NCBI GenBank assembly: GCA_030248215.1
Contig: JASANG010001519.1
Coordinates: 124,001 to 188,000 of the forward strand
Direction of reading: 5' to 3'
Source of the DNA: Enoplolaimus lenunculus
Lineage: Eukaryota
Length of the DNA: 64,000 bases
Shown here: piece after piece, positions 1 to 14,849 of the stretch
How the letters are laid out: every line of letters begins with the position of its first letter
How positions within the stretch are numbered: position 1 is the stretch's first letter
The notes under the pieces: model-generated
What the model saw: the letters and a program-made list of their open reading frames with translations, nothing else
Told to the model about the DNA's origin: nothing
The model's database searches: none
Program-made: the position numbers and the translations under genes

Positions 1-2039
1 TGTCTGAAATTTAAGACAATTATGTATTGATACTGACTCCAGACATGTCTTGAATACCAGATTTGATTTTTTTGATTTTTCAGAAATATAGCTCTGAAAT
101 ATTCAGACCAAATTTAAAAATTTGTCTCATGAACGATTCAGGCAATTATTTCTGAAATATATGACAAATATTTATGAAATACAACACAAATTTTTTCCAC
201 GGAAAACGACTCCAAAATTGGGGGCTTAATCCCAACCAAACGTCCAAATTTTACATCGTATACATTCAAGACAAACTTAGGTTGGGTGAAGCTTAAGCTC
301 AACCCCCAAATATCCTTGAAATTTGATACACTCCTAAGGATATAAAACGGAGGAACTTTTTTACGTACATAAAAATCAGAAAATTAGTTTTGAATATAAG
401 ACGTCTATTTTTTAAAGAAAGAAATTTATGTCTTATAAATTGGCAACAGTAACTTCTTAAAGATAAAGACAGTTTGTTTTAATCATTTAAGACAAAAAAT
501 TTTGAGCTTTTTAATGGCAGCTAATGTCCGAAATACAAGATACTTATGTTTTGAAAATTTAAGAAAATATGAGTCTTGAAAATTCAGGACTATTTATTTT
601 GTGTGTGTAATGTTTCATTTTGCATTAATTTAGTTTGATGTGCTTCGGCAAATGAATTTGAATATAAAAATTGAAATCGTAAAATGAACGGTTGTTCCAA
701 TAGTTGCACGCTCCAAGAACAAATTCCAGTTGATTTTTGCTTTTGTAGCGGTTAAATGCTGGCTGGCTGTGGTAAAACAATATTAAATCGCAGTTTAAGC
801 TGCAATCAGTTTTTGGCCAACAAACTTCTTGAGAAGAAGAAGGAACGTATACTGATGCTATTTTAGGATTGCAATTTTATGGAAAAGTTCAAATTTTTGT
901 TTTAAAGCACTGTGTAGGAATTAATAATGCAATCAGGATGTACGTCCTAGAACAACAAAAAGTTGTAGTTTCTTTTCTATTTCGTTCTATATAGTTGTAA
1001 AAGAATTTGATAAACTTCAACATGCTTGAGTGTTCAGTAACGGAAATTAGTTATTTTGAAGTTTCTTGAATTTCAGCTACTAGTTTTTAATGACTAGTTT
1101 GTAGAGACAAGTCTTAAGTTCCATTCGGACAAAAACCCGGATTTGGTTTATTTGCCTGCTAGTTAGACTGATGGTGGCAGACACCACCTTTAATTTAATT
1201 TACAGCTACTGGTTCTGATTATGTAGTGAGATAAATGCACTCAAAAGGAAACTATGACTCTTGTCAAAATGTATGACTTTTAAACCTACAAAGTGAGCTA
1301 CGTGCTATTTACTAAGCTAGTTACAATATTATAACACCTGTAAAACATTTTCTTTCTGCGTGCGTAGTTCCCGTACACAATGCTTGTACGACGAGTCTAT
1401 ATAATTATGTTCAAATCGAGCTGTACTTATGTAATGTGCGTTCAAGTATTTTCGGTATGAAAATTACCGAAAGATTTTTATTTTGTGAAAATATATAAAC
1501 TGCGTTTGTTGTGGTAGGTTCCGCTGCCTTCATGTAAGGCTCTGCATTCCTGCGCGCAATGTAGGTGTTGTGCTAGTGCGAAGCGGTTGAAACATTTGAC
1601 CACGGCTGGATTGGAACCGGCGGCTTTTGGCTAACGGATCCAACGCTTTTACCAAATTAGGTTTCGTGGCACTGCTTCATCTACTTGTGTTAGTAACTAT
1701 TGTATGCGTTGTTTACCAGTGTACTACGCTGGTGTACTGCATATGACTTAATTTGTGTGCTACTCATTATTCTATCATGAATACCCATATCCACTTTTTT
1801 GAGAGGGTCATCTCCACCCCTTCGCATCTGTTCATGGGCTCACAACACGTCTGTATGACCTTGCAGTCCCATCGTAGTCATCATGTAAGGTTACGTGGTC
1901 TTATGGGAAAAGTAGGGGTTATGTTAGTATGAAGTAGTTGAAACAATAAACCACGGCTGGATTCGAACTGAAAAACTGTTGTCGCGTTGATTGTTCTCTA
2001 TTGGTAGGTTTTTCCGCAGTGTGGTTTTTTGTAGACGCT

Positions 2040-3215
2040 TACACTGACCTAAGTTTTCAAACAAGAGCCAGCCTGCAACCGGTAGCACACCAACATGGCA
2101 TCAGAAAGAAGCAATCCACCACAACAGCACTAGACGGCGTGGTCAGGCAAACTGCGGATGGCCTAAATGAACCAAAACCAGCACACCGCCCCGTCGCCGT
2201 TGTCCTCGGCTTGTCTAAAGCATTCGATACCGTAAGTGTCTACGCGGTCTCGCCGACGTCGACCGCTTCTTCAAAGAACGTAACCTGCAACTATCTGCCG
2301 AAACATCTACCGCTACGCTGTTTACACCCTGGATTGCAGGAGTCAAGAACACCCTCAACATCAGACTCAACGGTCCCCAATCCCAACAGCCAGGAATCCG
2401 AAGCTGTTGGGCGTCACATTTGATGGTATGCTGAGTTTCAAAGACCAAACCGCCAGCGTCCGTCAAAAGGTCCGCCAAGGCATCAACGCATTGAAGAGTA
2501 TTGCAGGCAGTACCTGGGTGAAGGACAAAGGGCTACTTCTAACATCCTACAAGGCAATCGGTAGATCCATCATGAACTAAGCCGCTCCCATATGGTCACC
2601 AGAGCGGAGCGAGTCTCACTGAAATATCCTACAACCGACGCAAAATGCAGCCTATAGAGCTGTCACCGACTGCTTCTCGTGTCCAGTAAAGACCATCTTC
2701 GCTCAGAATGTAAAATCATGCCCGTAAAGCAGCATAACTACATGATCAGCCGCCAGTATCTCCTGAGTTGCCATCAAGCGGACCACCCAAATCAGCATCT
2801 CACAACGAAAGTCACAGACTACCCAACATACAAGAATGGTATTGCCTGTATCCACAGAACAGCTGTAGGCGATTTTATGGATACAGACCGAACATCGTAC
2901 TTTGCGGCTATCCTGCTCCACCAATCGCAGCCGAAGAAAAAGACCTGCCGACGGAAACACGTTCCCTCGTGGTGCAACTACGGTCAGGTTGGTGCAAATT
3001 CACAAACCATTACATGTTGAGGATCAACCCGGATGTAAACGACGTCTGTCCAGAGTGTGGTAGCTCCCAGCACGACGTCAAACACCTGTTCAACTGCCCC
3101 AACAAGCCAACGCTGACCGTACAAGACCTATGGATCAGACCGAAGTCGGTGGCTGCATTTCGTAACATTGCCCTGGACGTCTGAATAAATCTCGAAGATG
3201 TTACTGCAACAATAC
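2040..3215 (+). mobile_element. Degenerate, 5'-truncated and internally deleted non-LTR retrotransposon (I/Jockey-group-like ORF2 remnant)
   Basis: RT N-terminal motifs HQHGIRKKQSTTTAL...LGLSKAFDTV; later frames read NPKLLGVTFD, LKSIAGSTW, SYKAIGRSIMN*AAPIWSP (in-frame stops, frameshifts); C-terminal zinc knuckle CPECGSSQHDVKHLFNCP; AATAAA overlapping the stop at 3184. The YADD core is missing. Confidence 0.85.
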
Positions 3216-4734
3216 TTATCTGGCGCTGGCTAACGTTAAAGTGATGGTAAAACACTTAGCGGTTTGTGAAAATCTTTTCTTACTATAACTACTAAACTTT
3301 GTTCTGAGATCCAAAATATTAAATAACACTGAAAGTGCACTAGATTTTGCATCAACACCGACAGTTTGAAGGATGGAATCAAAGCATATTTTCTGCCGCA
3401 ATTCGAAACATTCGATTCCGGGGGATCATTTATGACCACTCCCGGATTTTTTTATTCTTTTAAATAAAGTGCGGAATTTTGGCTTTTTTTGAAAGTGACT
3501 TTCCGAGGCGGACCAAAATTTGATTCAACCCCGGAAAGTCGCAGTTTTTAAAAAAATCAATGATCGTTGCAATACTCAACAGAAACAACACCTTAGACTA
3601 TTAAGTTTGATAACTACGAAAATGTTTGGATTAGGACATCAAGGGAAAAAAATACGTAATGCAAAATTAAATTTTTCAGGGGTGATCATGACTGTTTAAG
3701 GGAGCGCGGAACTAACCTATTTATCAACATCTATATTCCTGACTACAGTGTTCTAGGTTACACACTTTAATAAATTCACTGCATTATGTTTGTTTTGTTG
3801 CCAACAACAACTCAAACCAGGTTTATACATATAAAAGTTTACAGTGGCAAATACTTTTCGGAGTTTAGGATCAAATTGTGTTTTAACTACAGGTTTTCAC
3901 GTTGGCCTCATAAAATAGATACGTAATATGCGGGTAATTGTTTACACTCTGTATTTTATATATACGTAGTTTGCGATTTAAAACTATAGGTAGCATAGAA
4001 TGTTTTTTTAAATAACATGAAGGAACAAGTAGTGCAGTAAAATAGCTGTTGGAGGGTACTTTTACAAAGGCTCATTTTTTGAACAGGTTAAAATTGGCAA
4101 CAATTATTGCTTTTACTTGATATAAAGAACACAGATTCCACATATGAAGGTATTGCACTCCGTAAACGAGTCTGTGGTCCGAGTATATATATATTGTTCT
4201 ACTGATGAACAAATATGTAACTGCGAACTTTAGTCATTAGTATTTCAGAGTTGTTGCTATATAAAATGTGTTGGCTTGAAGAGCCATTGGCACAGAGAGA
4301 ATATATACAGTTTTCGTATTACGCGCGCAATTAGAATGTAAAATGAACTTAAGTTTTTCAGCTTCAACTCTAATTTATGTGTAATTAAATAACGCGAAAT
4401 TAGTAAACATCTGACTTAACGCATGTCATTTTTATACGGTTAATCGGCAAATATAGGCCTATTATCGCTTGTGAAAGGTTCGTTCGCCGCACGCCGTCGA
4501 ACGTCACCTGTTGTTGCAATCTCAACCGTATCTGCGAACAATTCAGTAACAACCCATTCAGTATCAAGTACAGCTACAATATCAACTAGTGCATTACCTT
4601 CAACGCAGACATTTACTGCTAAATCTAAACTTCATCAACCATTGGCTGCTACTACAAGCTTTGCAGGTAGTACAGCAAACGTGGATACTGGTGGTAAATT
4701 GACTCGCGCAGCCACTGCTAGTGATTATCAAAGC

Positions 4735-7700
4735 ATGATTAGTCGAGAGTCAAGCTCAGCTGCATCAATGGACGCCAATGTGCCTCCTGGAATAAGTAGT
4801 GGAAGCAGCAATGGAGCTAGTTCGGTTGTTAGTTCGATGGCGGCGTCAACACATCATGCTATCGCTCCGTCAACTTTGGCGCCGATGACGACAGCGAATA
4901 GTGACGTTGTAACAGGATGGATTTATAAATGGACCAATTATCTGAAGGGCTACCAGAAACGATGGTTTGTGCTGCAAAATGGAACGCTTTCGTATTATAG
5001 GTTAGTAAAAGATCTATTATAATTGCATTTATTTAGTTAGGAAAGAGTTATTAACCATTTTCTTGGAAGTCCCTCTATGATATTGCAGAATTACTGCAAA
5101 GCTAGTTTATAACATTCTGCCGAATCAAGACTGATTACGTCAGTCGCCAGTCGAAAAAATCTGTAACCCGTACGTTAAATTTTTTATTCAGAGGTAGAAT
5201 GATAAATTTCCATCCGTGAATTTCAAATGAATGTTAAAACCCATAAAAGCACTCGTTGTTACGAACTAGGTTGGCTACAAAAGCTCACACTTTGCTTTTG
5301 CTCGTCGAAGATTAACTGCTCATTTGCAGTTCAAGTAGTTTTTAAAACGAATCAACCAAGATTTTGCGGCTGTTATTAGGAGTCCAAATGCTTATTTTAG
5401 GATCTGAATGAATTTACGAGTATTTTGTTTTTAAACAAGTTTTGCCTCAGCTTTGAAGCTTAATGACAACTCAAACAACCAAATCATCATTTTAATGTAT
5501 ACGTGGTCCTTGGCTCGATACTGCATCCATTTTTAATAAAGGAAAGTTTTAATCGGTATTCCCTTCTGTAGTGCAAAATTCACTTCGCTATTTGAGCATA
5601 GCTAAAGACAACATATAAATATCCTATTAATACAATAAACTGCATTTGTCTAATAGAACAAAACATAAAACATCTAAACAATAATATTTACTAAGAAAAT
5701 CGAAACAACAGTTTTATGTCTATACAAACTTCTATTAATTTGCATATTGTGACTTTGCTGGAACGTTGCCCAAAATACGTATGTGTGGCGTTCCAGCTTT
5801 AATATATAACATGTTTTACGAATATGTGAATGGTAGATACTTTCTCTTTATATCTATTCGTGTTTGCGCTATATATACTTTTGAAAAAAGGTGGGCCATA
5901 ACTTTTGAACCCTAGCTTATGTAGTCATAAAATTAAAATCGTTGTTCTCAGCTCGGCGCGAATTTACCGGACCGGAGTTGGAAAAAATAACCGGAATTTG
6001 AAAAAATTGCCGGAACCGGATACCGGTTGCACCCTATCTGGGGTTATTTAATGTTTCATACCGTTGTACTATACAATATGTACATATTATTTCTGGGATT
6101 ATTTAACTGACTTCATTATTAGCTGATAAATGCAACCAGTAGTTACGTTTTCGCGTTATATTCTCATGTTCCATCTTGTTATATTTATGTATATATAAAC
6201 ATTTTAAGGTGTTGCATTGCATAGAGATTATATAATGCTCCAGTCACTGAAAAATGGGGCAGATAAAAAGGGGGTACTTGGCTGTATGGGCGGGGAACCA
6301 TTACCTTTTCCCACCACAGAAGCCCATTTTTAGGAGACTTTATTGGTTCAGCTCAGTGTACAACTGGAATTTCGATTCAAAACGAGTTCCGAATCTGATT
6401 GCACAATCAATTGGAATTGGAATTTTGAAAGTTTAATTTTAATCATAGTTGATGTGATACGTTTCATAAAAATTCTGTATTACTTACGTATATATTAAAT
6501 TGCTTTTGATGAGTTAACTGATCAATGATTGATTGTAGTTTAGCTTTGCAGAACTAAAAATAATCAATTTGTTCATGCAACGTTTTTGAAAATTGTTGCC
6601 AGCCAACAGACACTATAAATCAATATTATATTTGTTAATACAAATCATTCGTGCAATCACAAAATTTCTAGTTCCGAGTTTGATTACGATACCGGTATAA
6701 ATTTACTGTTCCGTTCCGATTCGCGATTCCGGAATAAATTTGCTGTCCAGTTCCTATTCGTGATTCTGGAATACCTTTGCTGTCCAGTTCCGATTCCGAT
6801 TTCGGCATAATCCAGTTCCGCTTTGCACCTTGGTTAAACTGTTACGAATAAATTTTGCTTCTCTCTATCCGTATACAGTTTTGTCATAGATGATAAAGAG
6901 TATTTGAAAAGTCAAACTTCGGACTTTTGTACAGTTCGGAATTGACCGAATCAAAATCGTTTCGACTCCGAATCTGGGAAACTAGGTGTTTTATGAAATT
7001 TGTTTTTGAAATAATGTTAAAATTGTGGACTATTTAAATAAGGGTTTAAATCTTTTTCTGATTGGAATGCTATTTTTACCGTCGAGTCATCAGGTTTATT
7101 TTTGTCAATAATCCCAAGAGTGTATGATATTTGATAGAATGCGACACTTCTTATATTTATGTGATGTTGTTTGAAGTATCACGCAGTCCTAATATCGCAG
7201 TACACCCTCCCTAATCAGGAACGGGATATTATTGTGGTATTAATTTGACACAAAACCTTTGATCAATTAACTGCTGCAATGCTTGTCTTTCGCTATAGTT
7301 ACACTTTGAGGCTGCTAGCTAATTTAAACCCACCCACTCAATTAGAGGGGTACCACTGAAGAAGGTTCGTGTGATGGTGCTTCGGAATTAGTGATAATAA
7401 TATACTCTTGCTAATACTAAGCTAAAGTTTAAACACTTTAAATACGATGCGATGGCGCCGGACGTCAAGTATAGCGCAACCCTTAGTCTTGTTTAACAAT
7501 TAAAGCACAAACAAGATGATCTTTCCGCGGTAACTGCAGTATATATAATAATTTTATACTAATGATTAATAAATAATATACATTCGTATATACGAGCAAA
7601 TATCCGGTTCCGGTGTAATATTCGGTATAAACTTACCGGATACCGGATAGTTGCGGTTGTGGTAACAAGTATGTGATAAATCTGCTTTTTGATTTGAATT

Positions 7701-10700
7701 GAAAAATGCAAACCAACAATTAGTGTAAAATCACGAAAAATATATGTTATTAGGGTTGAAAGCAATCTAATTTCAGCACTAAAGTGTTTTTGGGTAAGAG
7801 GAATTTGAATAAATTGTTCAAATACCTCTAAAACCGATTGTTGAACAGTTAGCTGATAGATAATTTGCATATTAGCATAATTTATAAGCCTAAATTAGGA
7901 CTTTCTACAATATTTGGCTAATTATTAGGGTTGAAAGCAATCTAATTTCAGCACTAAAGTGTTTTTGGGTAAGAGGAATTTGAATAAATTGTTCAAATAC
8001 CTCTAAAACCGATAGTTGAACAGTTAGCTGATAGATAATTTGCATATTAGCATAATTTATAAGCCTAAATTAGGACTTTCTACAATATTTGGCTAATTAT
8101 TAGGGTTGAAAGTAATCTAATTTCAGCACTAAAGTGTTTTTGGGTAAGAGGAATTTGAATAAATTGTTCAAATACCTCTAAAACCGATAGTTGAACAGTC
8201 AGTTGATAGATAATTTGCATATTAGCATAATTTATAAGCGTAAATTAGGACTTTCTACAATATTTGGCTAATTATTAGGGTTGAAAGCAATATAATTTCA
8301 GCACTAAAGTGTTTTTGGGTAAGATGAATTTGAATAAATTGCTCAAGTACCTCTAAAACCGATAGTTGAATAGTTAGCTGATAGATAATTTGCATATTAG
8401 CATAATTTATAAGCGTAAATTAGGACTTTCTACAATATTTGGCTAATTATTAGGGTTGAAAGCAATCTAATTTCAGCACTAAAGGGTTTTTGGGTAAGAG
8501 GAATTTGAATAAATTGTTCAAATACCTCTAAAACCGATAGTTGAACAGTTAGCTGATAGATAATTTGCATATTAGCTTAATTTATAAGCCTAAATTAGGA
8601 CTTTCTACAATATTTGGCTAATTATTAGGGTTCAAAGTAATCTAATTTCAGCACTAAAGTGTTTTTGGGTAAGAGGAATTTGAGTAAATTGTTTAAATAT
8701 CTCTAAAACCGATAATTGAGTAGTTAGGTAATAGATAATTTGCGTATTAGCATAATTTATACGCTTAAATTAGGACTTTTTACAATATTTGGTTAATTAT
8801 TAGGGTTAAAAACAATTTAATTTCAGCACTAAAGGGTTTTTGGGTGCAAGGAATCTAAATAAATTGTTTACAAACCTCCAAAACGATAAATAAATAGTTA
8901 GCTAATAACTAATTTGCATATTAGCTTAATTATTTGAGTGTGTTCGAGTTTCGCTCAATAGGTACATGTAGTCCCACTACGACTGGTTCACCACTTATTA
9001 TCAAATTTGTTTTCCTGTAATATTTAACTGTTCAGCGTAAATGCGCTGAAGACCAAATTTTAAGAAGTTATGGGAAATTCTTAAAATTCTTCATCGTCGC
9101 ATTTGTTGCGTCGTCGTATTAGATTTAAAATAAAAAATTTGTCGCAAAACACCAATTTTAACTTTTGATCCGCAAAACTTTCAAGCCTGAAAATACCGGA
9201 AATGCTGCAAAAAATATATTCAATACCGGGACCGGATAGAGAAAAATAGAACCCCGTTGCACCCTCCACTCAGTTTTATGTCTGCTGATATATAACTCTT
9301 GCAGGTATGTCAACATTGGATTTGGTATAAATTCATTAAGGGACTAGTGAAAGCAATAGCTTCAACTGACACGATAGCCCATATTCTCAAATGTGTATAG
9401 CACACATTATCAGTTAGCGATTAAATTTTCAAACTGACAAACACATGCAATTGTAGATATCAAGAGCGGTTCAGAAGTAGGGCAAATCAAACGCAAGCAA
9501 TTTGCTGAAGTTCTACGCTCACCAACGGCTGGATCCAAAGTTACAGCACCTATCACCAACTAGTTATAGGTGCTACATACACATTTGAAAATAGGGTCTT
9601 AGAATCGACCTATGTGCTATATATAACTACCTCACTTATTTTTGAAGGTTTTGTTGTTAGTGGCGTTGTCCACAACGCCATATGGCATCAATCCTGAGAC
9701 GGGACCCTGTTATGTACGTACGTACGTACGTATGTGGCTTATGTAGTAAAGTTTACAGTTTTAAGCATATGTAATGTCTTCTGGTTCGAGATATATATTG
9801 TAGTTTCCGGACAGAAGCTGCCGGACAAAAACCCGGCTGGACAAAAGACTGTCCAGACAAAAATACAGTACCGCCTGGACAAAAGAGCGTTCGAACTCGG
9901 GACACAAGACAAAAGGCCGTCTGGACGAAAACCGCCCGGACGAAAAGTCGCCTAGACGAATACCATTTCACGTGCAATCACTGCGTTTGGCGTTTTTGTT
10001 AATTTAGCAAATGTTTTGCCTTTTGCAGAAATCAGTCCAGTATATGTGACATATATATACATAGCTGTATATATATGTATATATATGTATATATATGTAT
10101 ATATAATATATATTTATATATATATATTTTTGATATATATTCTAATCAGTGCAGAATTTTTTAGTTTGGAATTTAAACATACACTACGAAAAATGCAGTG
10201 TGTAAGCATACAACAAGCTGACAATCATTGCTGCTGACTTACTGATAACAACTTTCAGGTACCGCCATAAATTGATGCTTGAGATTGACTTATAAACTGT
10301 TGTAGTCTGAAATGGCTAGTAGTTAGCCTAGGCTACAAACCTTATTTTGTGCTGTATTTGCCAATTTTTACCATCTCGGTGCTGTTACAAATTTGATTTG
10401 ATGTTATAGTAGTAATATACGTAAATATCTTCTTATCTTTAAGTCTTATCCAATTCTAGTTATAAAAGTGACTTAATGAAAAACACGGATCTTTCTTGCC
10501 CATCAGCTTAACTGACAAGTAACCAAACTTAATGAGAGAACCTTAGACTTGAGTCAAATCCGGACTTAAGCCAAAGGTTGACTTAAGCCATGTTTTTGTA
10601 ACCCAGCAATTAGTTTTCAATATTAGAAGCATTTTTACTATATTGTAATTACGTTGCTGGTTGTAGCTCGTGTCATGCGTCAATATACTAATGAGCTACC

Positions 10701-13700
10701 AGCCAGTGCCGGAGTTAGTGCCCCCACCACTCCACATACCTCCAAAATGGACATCGACGCCGCCGCATCTTCTCACGGTTGCTTGCACCCATGGTACAAA
10801 ATGAAGCTATTTTAATCCGACGTGGGTTTTATTTTTGAGTCGATAAGTAAAAACATAGGCATGCTGAAAATTCTCTAGCGAAATGCTTATAGAATTTGAC
10901 ACCCCCCTCAGATTGTTGTTAACGCAGCGCCTATGACTGACACACTAGGCACGGCGTTGTAAGCTGCTATACGAAGTATATGCTACTGGTATTTAAAAGC
11001 ATGTCTTTGTAAGGTTAAGCCGTTTTAGATATTTAGTCTAAAACGTTTATACGTCATTATGATCGTATTACGGTTGGTAGTCGTCGCTGCTAGATTTCGT
11101 AGCTAATCATCGTTTACAGTTCGATGGCGTACTGTTGTCGTACTTGAATGCCAGCTTTGTGCCGATCGCTCAGTAACAGTGTTTGATTTGTTAATTTTGA
11201 TTTCAATTCGGTCAACTTCAATAAAGAAAAAGTACCCGACTAAAGAGCTCGGTTGACTGAGTTTGGGCGACAGTAACTCTTTTAGTCTTGAACTTAGGTT
11301 GCATGTGGCACGTTGGGGCTATTGCGTAGCTAACTTACATATATTGTGTCGGACATTGCATCTTTTGGTGAAATCAGAATGATAATTTTTCAACCACGCT
11401 TTGAAATTTGACTACAGACGGGTATATGCGGGTAAGCGTAATTTTTGTAAGTAATTGTAGGTGTCGAGCGAATCGCAGGTTACCTGGTTTTAGTTGATTT
11501 GTTACAACAGTTGAACGTCGTACGTATCTCTACTTTGTATATCGATGCTGGCCTGTGTGAGCTTTCAAACAAGGATAGTGGGGAGGGGGGGGGTGGTTCG
11601 GTCGTGGAATATCGAAATGTGATGCTTGACATTTTTTTACACTCATAGGTAAATAAGCTAGCACACCAATGACCCGAAAATTAAACTGAACTATGCTTTG
11701 ATTAAACGTTATCTTTAGCTTTAAACTTAGACTTAAGCTTAACGTTAGGCTTAACAGTAATGTATGAATGGAAACGAACGTTTTTCTTCTATCGAATGAA
11801 CACTGATGAGGAGCAGATTGGCAAATGTTCGCGTTCAATTTAGATTTGATCAAAAATTCAAGGCTCGAACTTGGATTCGGTAGTAAAACGTCGAAGCCGC
11901 CGGCAAGATTCGGAAACGCTTGTTTATAGTTTTGAAATTGAGTTGGAACATAAATAGACTGAGCAATTTGTCAATATCCGTTGCTGCCCTGCGGTTTTTG
12001 ACGTCAATTCGTGGTTTAAAAAATGTGGGTTGTTATTATTAGAGCTGTTCCGGAGCCATGATTTTTGCCGGGGTCGGGGCTAAGATTCATGAAAAACGCT
12101 CGAAAACTATATATTCACACGTATAGAAAGCGAGCGTTTATTCACAGGTTTTCGCAATAAAGTTTACGATTAATCTTTTTTGTTTTGTTTGTTAATAAAA
12201 AGCAAAGGCTATTGGCTCGAAATGATAAAGCTTACGAGAGAAACAGCAAAAAAATTTTCACAAATAGTCTACTGTTTCGGCTCCGGTGGCGGCTGGGGGC
12301 CGGCCCCGGGACAGTTTGAGTTTCGATGTACAAAATTCACATACGTCTATTGCTTGCATATAATTCGGTTTGTTTGGCATATTAAGTGATGTTTCAAAGT
12401 TATGATTCGAAACCGATTTCGGATTCGGTACAATCGGAGTGACTTCTCGGAATTAGGGAATCGGTGAAATCGTTGTTTCGGTGCCATCTTCCGGAGAAGG
12501 CGAAGTAAGTAAACAAGGTTCCAACGATTTTATTTACTTACAACCAAAAGGTCACGCGTCGGACGAATTGTACAGGTATGCAAATTTTGTCCTTATTTCA
12601 GACAAAGCATAGTTTGATGCTTTGCTGTCTTGGTTTGATTCGGAAATTCCGATTCCGATTGATTGTGCAGTCGGAATCGGAATCGGAACTCGTTTTGAAT
12701 TATAATTCTAATCGGAATCGGAAGTCCGATTGCACCCTGGTTTGATTATCAACCGTTTGAACCATTAATGAAAACGCATAGAGTTACCAAGCGCACACGT
12801 AGGTTCGTTGTAGCGTTGAACGTTTTGGCCCATGTAAAGATCAGCGGCGGAACGTTTTTCTGTGTGACTGCAATAGAGTAAGCTTAAGCTTTAGACTAAT
12901 TTTTTGCTTGGCTTAGAGTTAGGCGTAGGCTTAAGAATGAGCTCATTCTTTCGCTTAGGCTTAGGTGTAGGCTTAGGCTTAGGAATATGCTTATAATACT
13001 GTTCCATATCTGTTCTTTACCTTGGCCAACGTTTTTTATACAGTAATGTCTGAAGATTGGCACAAAAATAGTTTATTTTGTAAGAAAACCTAACGGTCTT
13101 GTGATCTATTTATAGTAAACAGCCAAACCCAAACATCAGGTTAAACCGGTTGCCAAGGGTCTAACCAGTGAGGTTTCAACGGTCAACGCTCCAGTTTTCG
13201 AAATTTTTGCACAATAGTTTTTAGACACGATTTCAGGTTGCAACACCAGCAACCTTTGTCTCAATTTTGATACAACATGCCACCCGTCCCGTATCCACTA
13301 TAGAGAGAGCCAGTTGCAGCGAAGAGTTTTGGAAAAAATATAAGCTTCGAACGCTGTGCTGAAGTTTGAACAGACGGCGTTGTGGCTACTAGTAGAACTA
13401 ATTGATTTTCGGTTTTTGAAACCAGGTGACACCCACTCATTCTTTATTTGGATAGGTTGTTGTGGCTTAAAAGAAGACATCACCGTTTATTTTTTTTTTT
13501 GGGCTTCAATTGGCGTCATTTTTGTGTAGGGTGGCGAATTCAGGGGAGAGGCGGCCGGCCGGCCGCAACGGCATTTGCTGATATCCTATTGTTTGCTTTT
13601 TTGGCCGAAACTTTTTTTCGCAATTTATTCTTGCGTTTTGTTGACATCTTCTTGACAGGTAAATTGTGCCTGGTTGTGTGTCTGGTATATTTATATGTTG

Positions 13701-14757
13701 TATATATGTATGTATATATATTATATTTACTATATATGTATATATTATATTTATTATATATATGCATAGTGTTTTATTGTTATTTGTATACGAAGATCGA
13801 GTTTATTATTTTGAAAAATTGTTTTGTGCGTTTTTCTCGCTTGAGGTTAGTGGAGTTTCCGAATATTAACTGTGTTTCTACTAAACCGTATATTTGAAGC
13901 CTTTTTAGCGTTCAAGTATTCAATTCAAATCGCCAAAGTATTAGCTGGAACCGGCACTGAACAGTGTAGTTGCAGTTGTAAAACTCTACGTACGGTATAC
14001 CCCGATTACTAGAAGAATAAAGTTTCCTCGGGTAAAGCATGGCCTGAGTAAAGAACCTATCTTCGTGTACACTTAAACCTCAGGGTGGAATTTGTTAGTA
14101 TTTAAGTTTAAATAATTTTATTTTTGTAATATTTAAGCTTTATTATTGGAAGAACATACGTTCTAACTGCTGATCAGCTGAACAAATATGTACATCGTTG
14201 GCTTTACGCATTTTTTTGTAGCAGTGCATTCTGTAACAAGGATTTCTGTATCCTGTTAAACATGGTTTGCTCAAATAATAGTTTTGCCAATTTTCCGAAA
14301 TGAATTCGTTTTTATACGCATACTTTTAACAATAAAATAAGAGATGTGATAATTCAAACAGCGGAACTAGTAATCGTTGGTATCCGGTAGACTTTCTAGT
14401 TCACCATTAATATACAAAAAAAGAAATCAGTTTGATTAGCAACAAAACAGTTAAATCCAAACCAGCATATTCAATTAATGCTTGGGTTTCTGAATGTTGC
14501 AAAAAACAGTTCACAGCCACAATTGGTTCAAATTTGCTAATGCTCTTTTTTTGAGAAATTATGCAGCATCCACTTTATGTTTTGTTCCCTTTGCCACCGA
14601 AATTGCCCAGCGTTGGGGTTAACGAGTGGCAACTTTTAAAATTGACACTTGTTAACCCTACCTTAGCTTAAATATCTCTGTGTAGCAGTTTGATGTTTTA
14701 CGCCATAAATGGTGCATCATACATAGGTCTGTGGTTGACTGCTGGAATGTTGACGTT

Positions 14758-14807
<50 letters not shown>

Positions 14808-14808
14808 G

Positions 14809-14849
<41 letters not shown>

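Noticed and set aside
12900..12985. TTAGGC tracts as a true telomere or chromosome-fusion scar
   Set aside because: Tracts are short, degenerate, in both orientations and mostly enclosed by TIRs.
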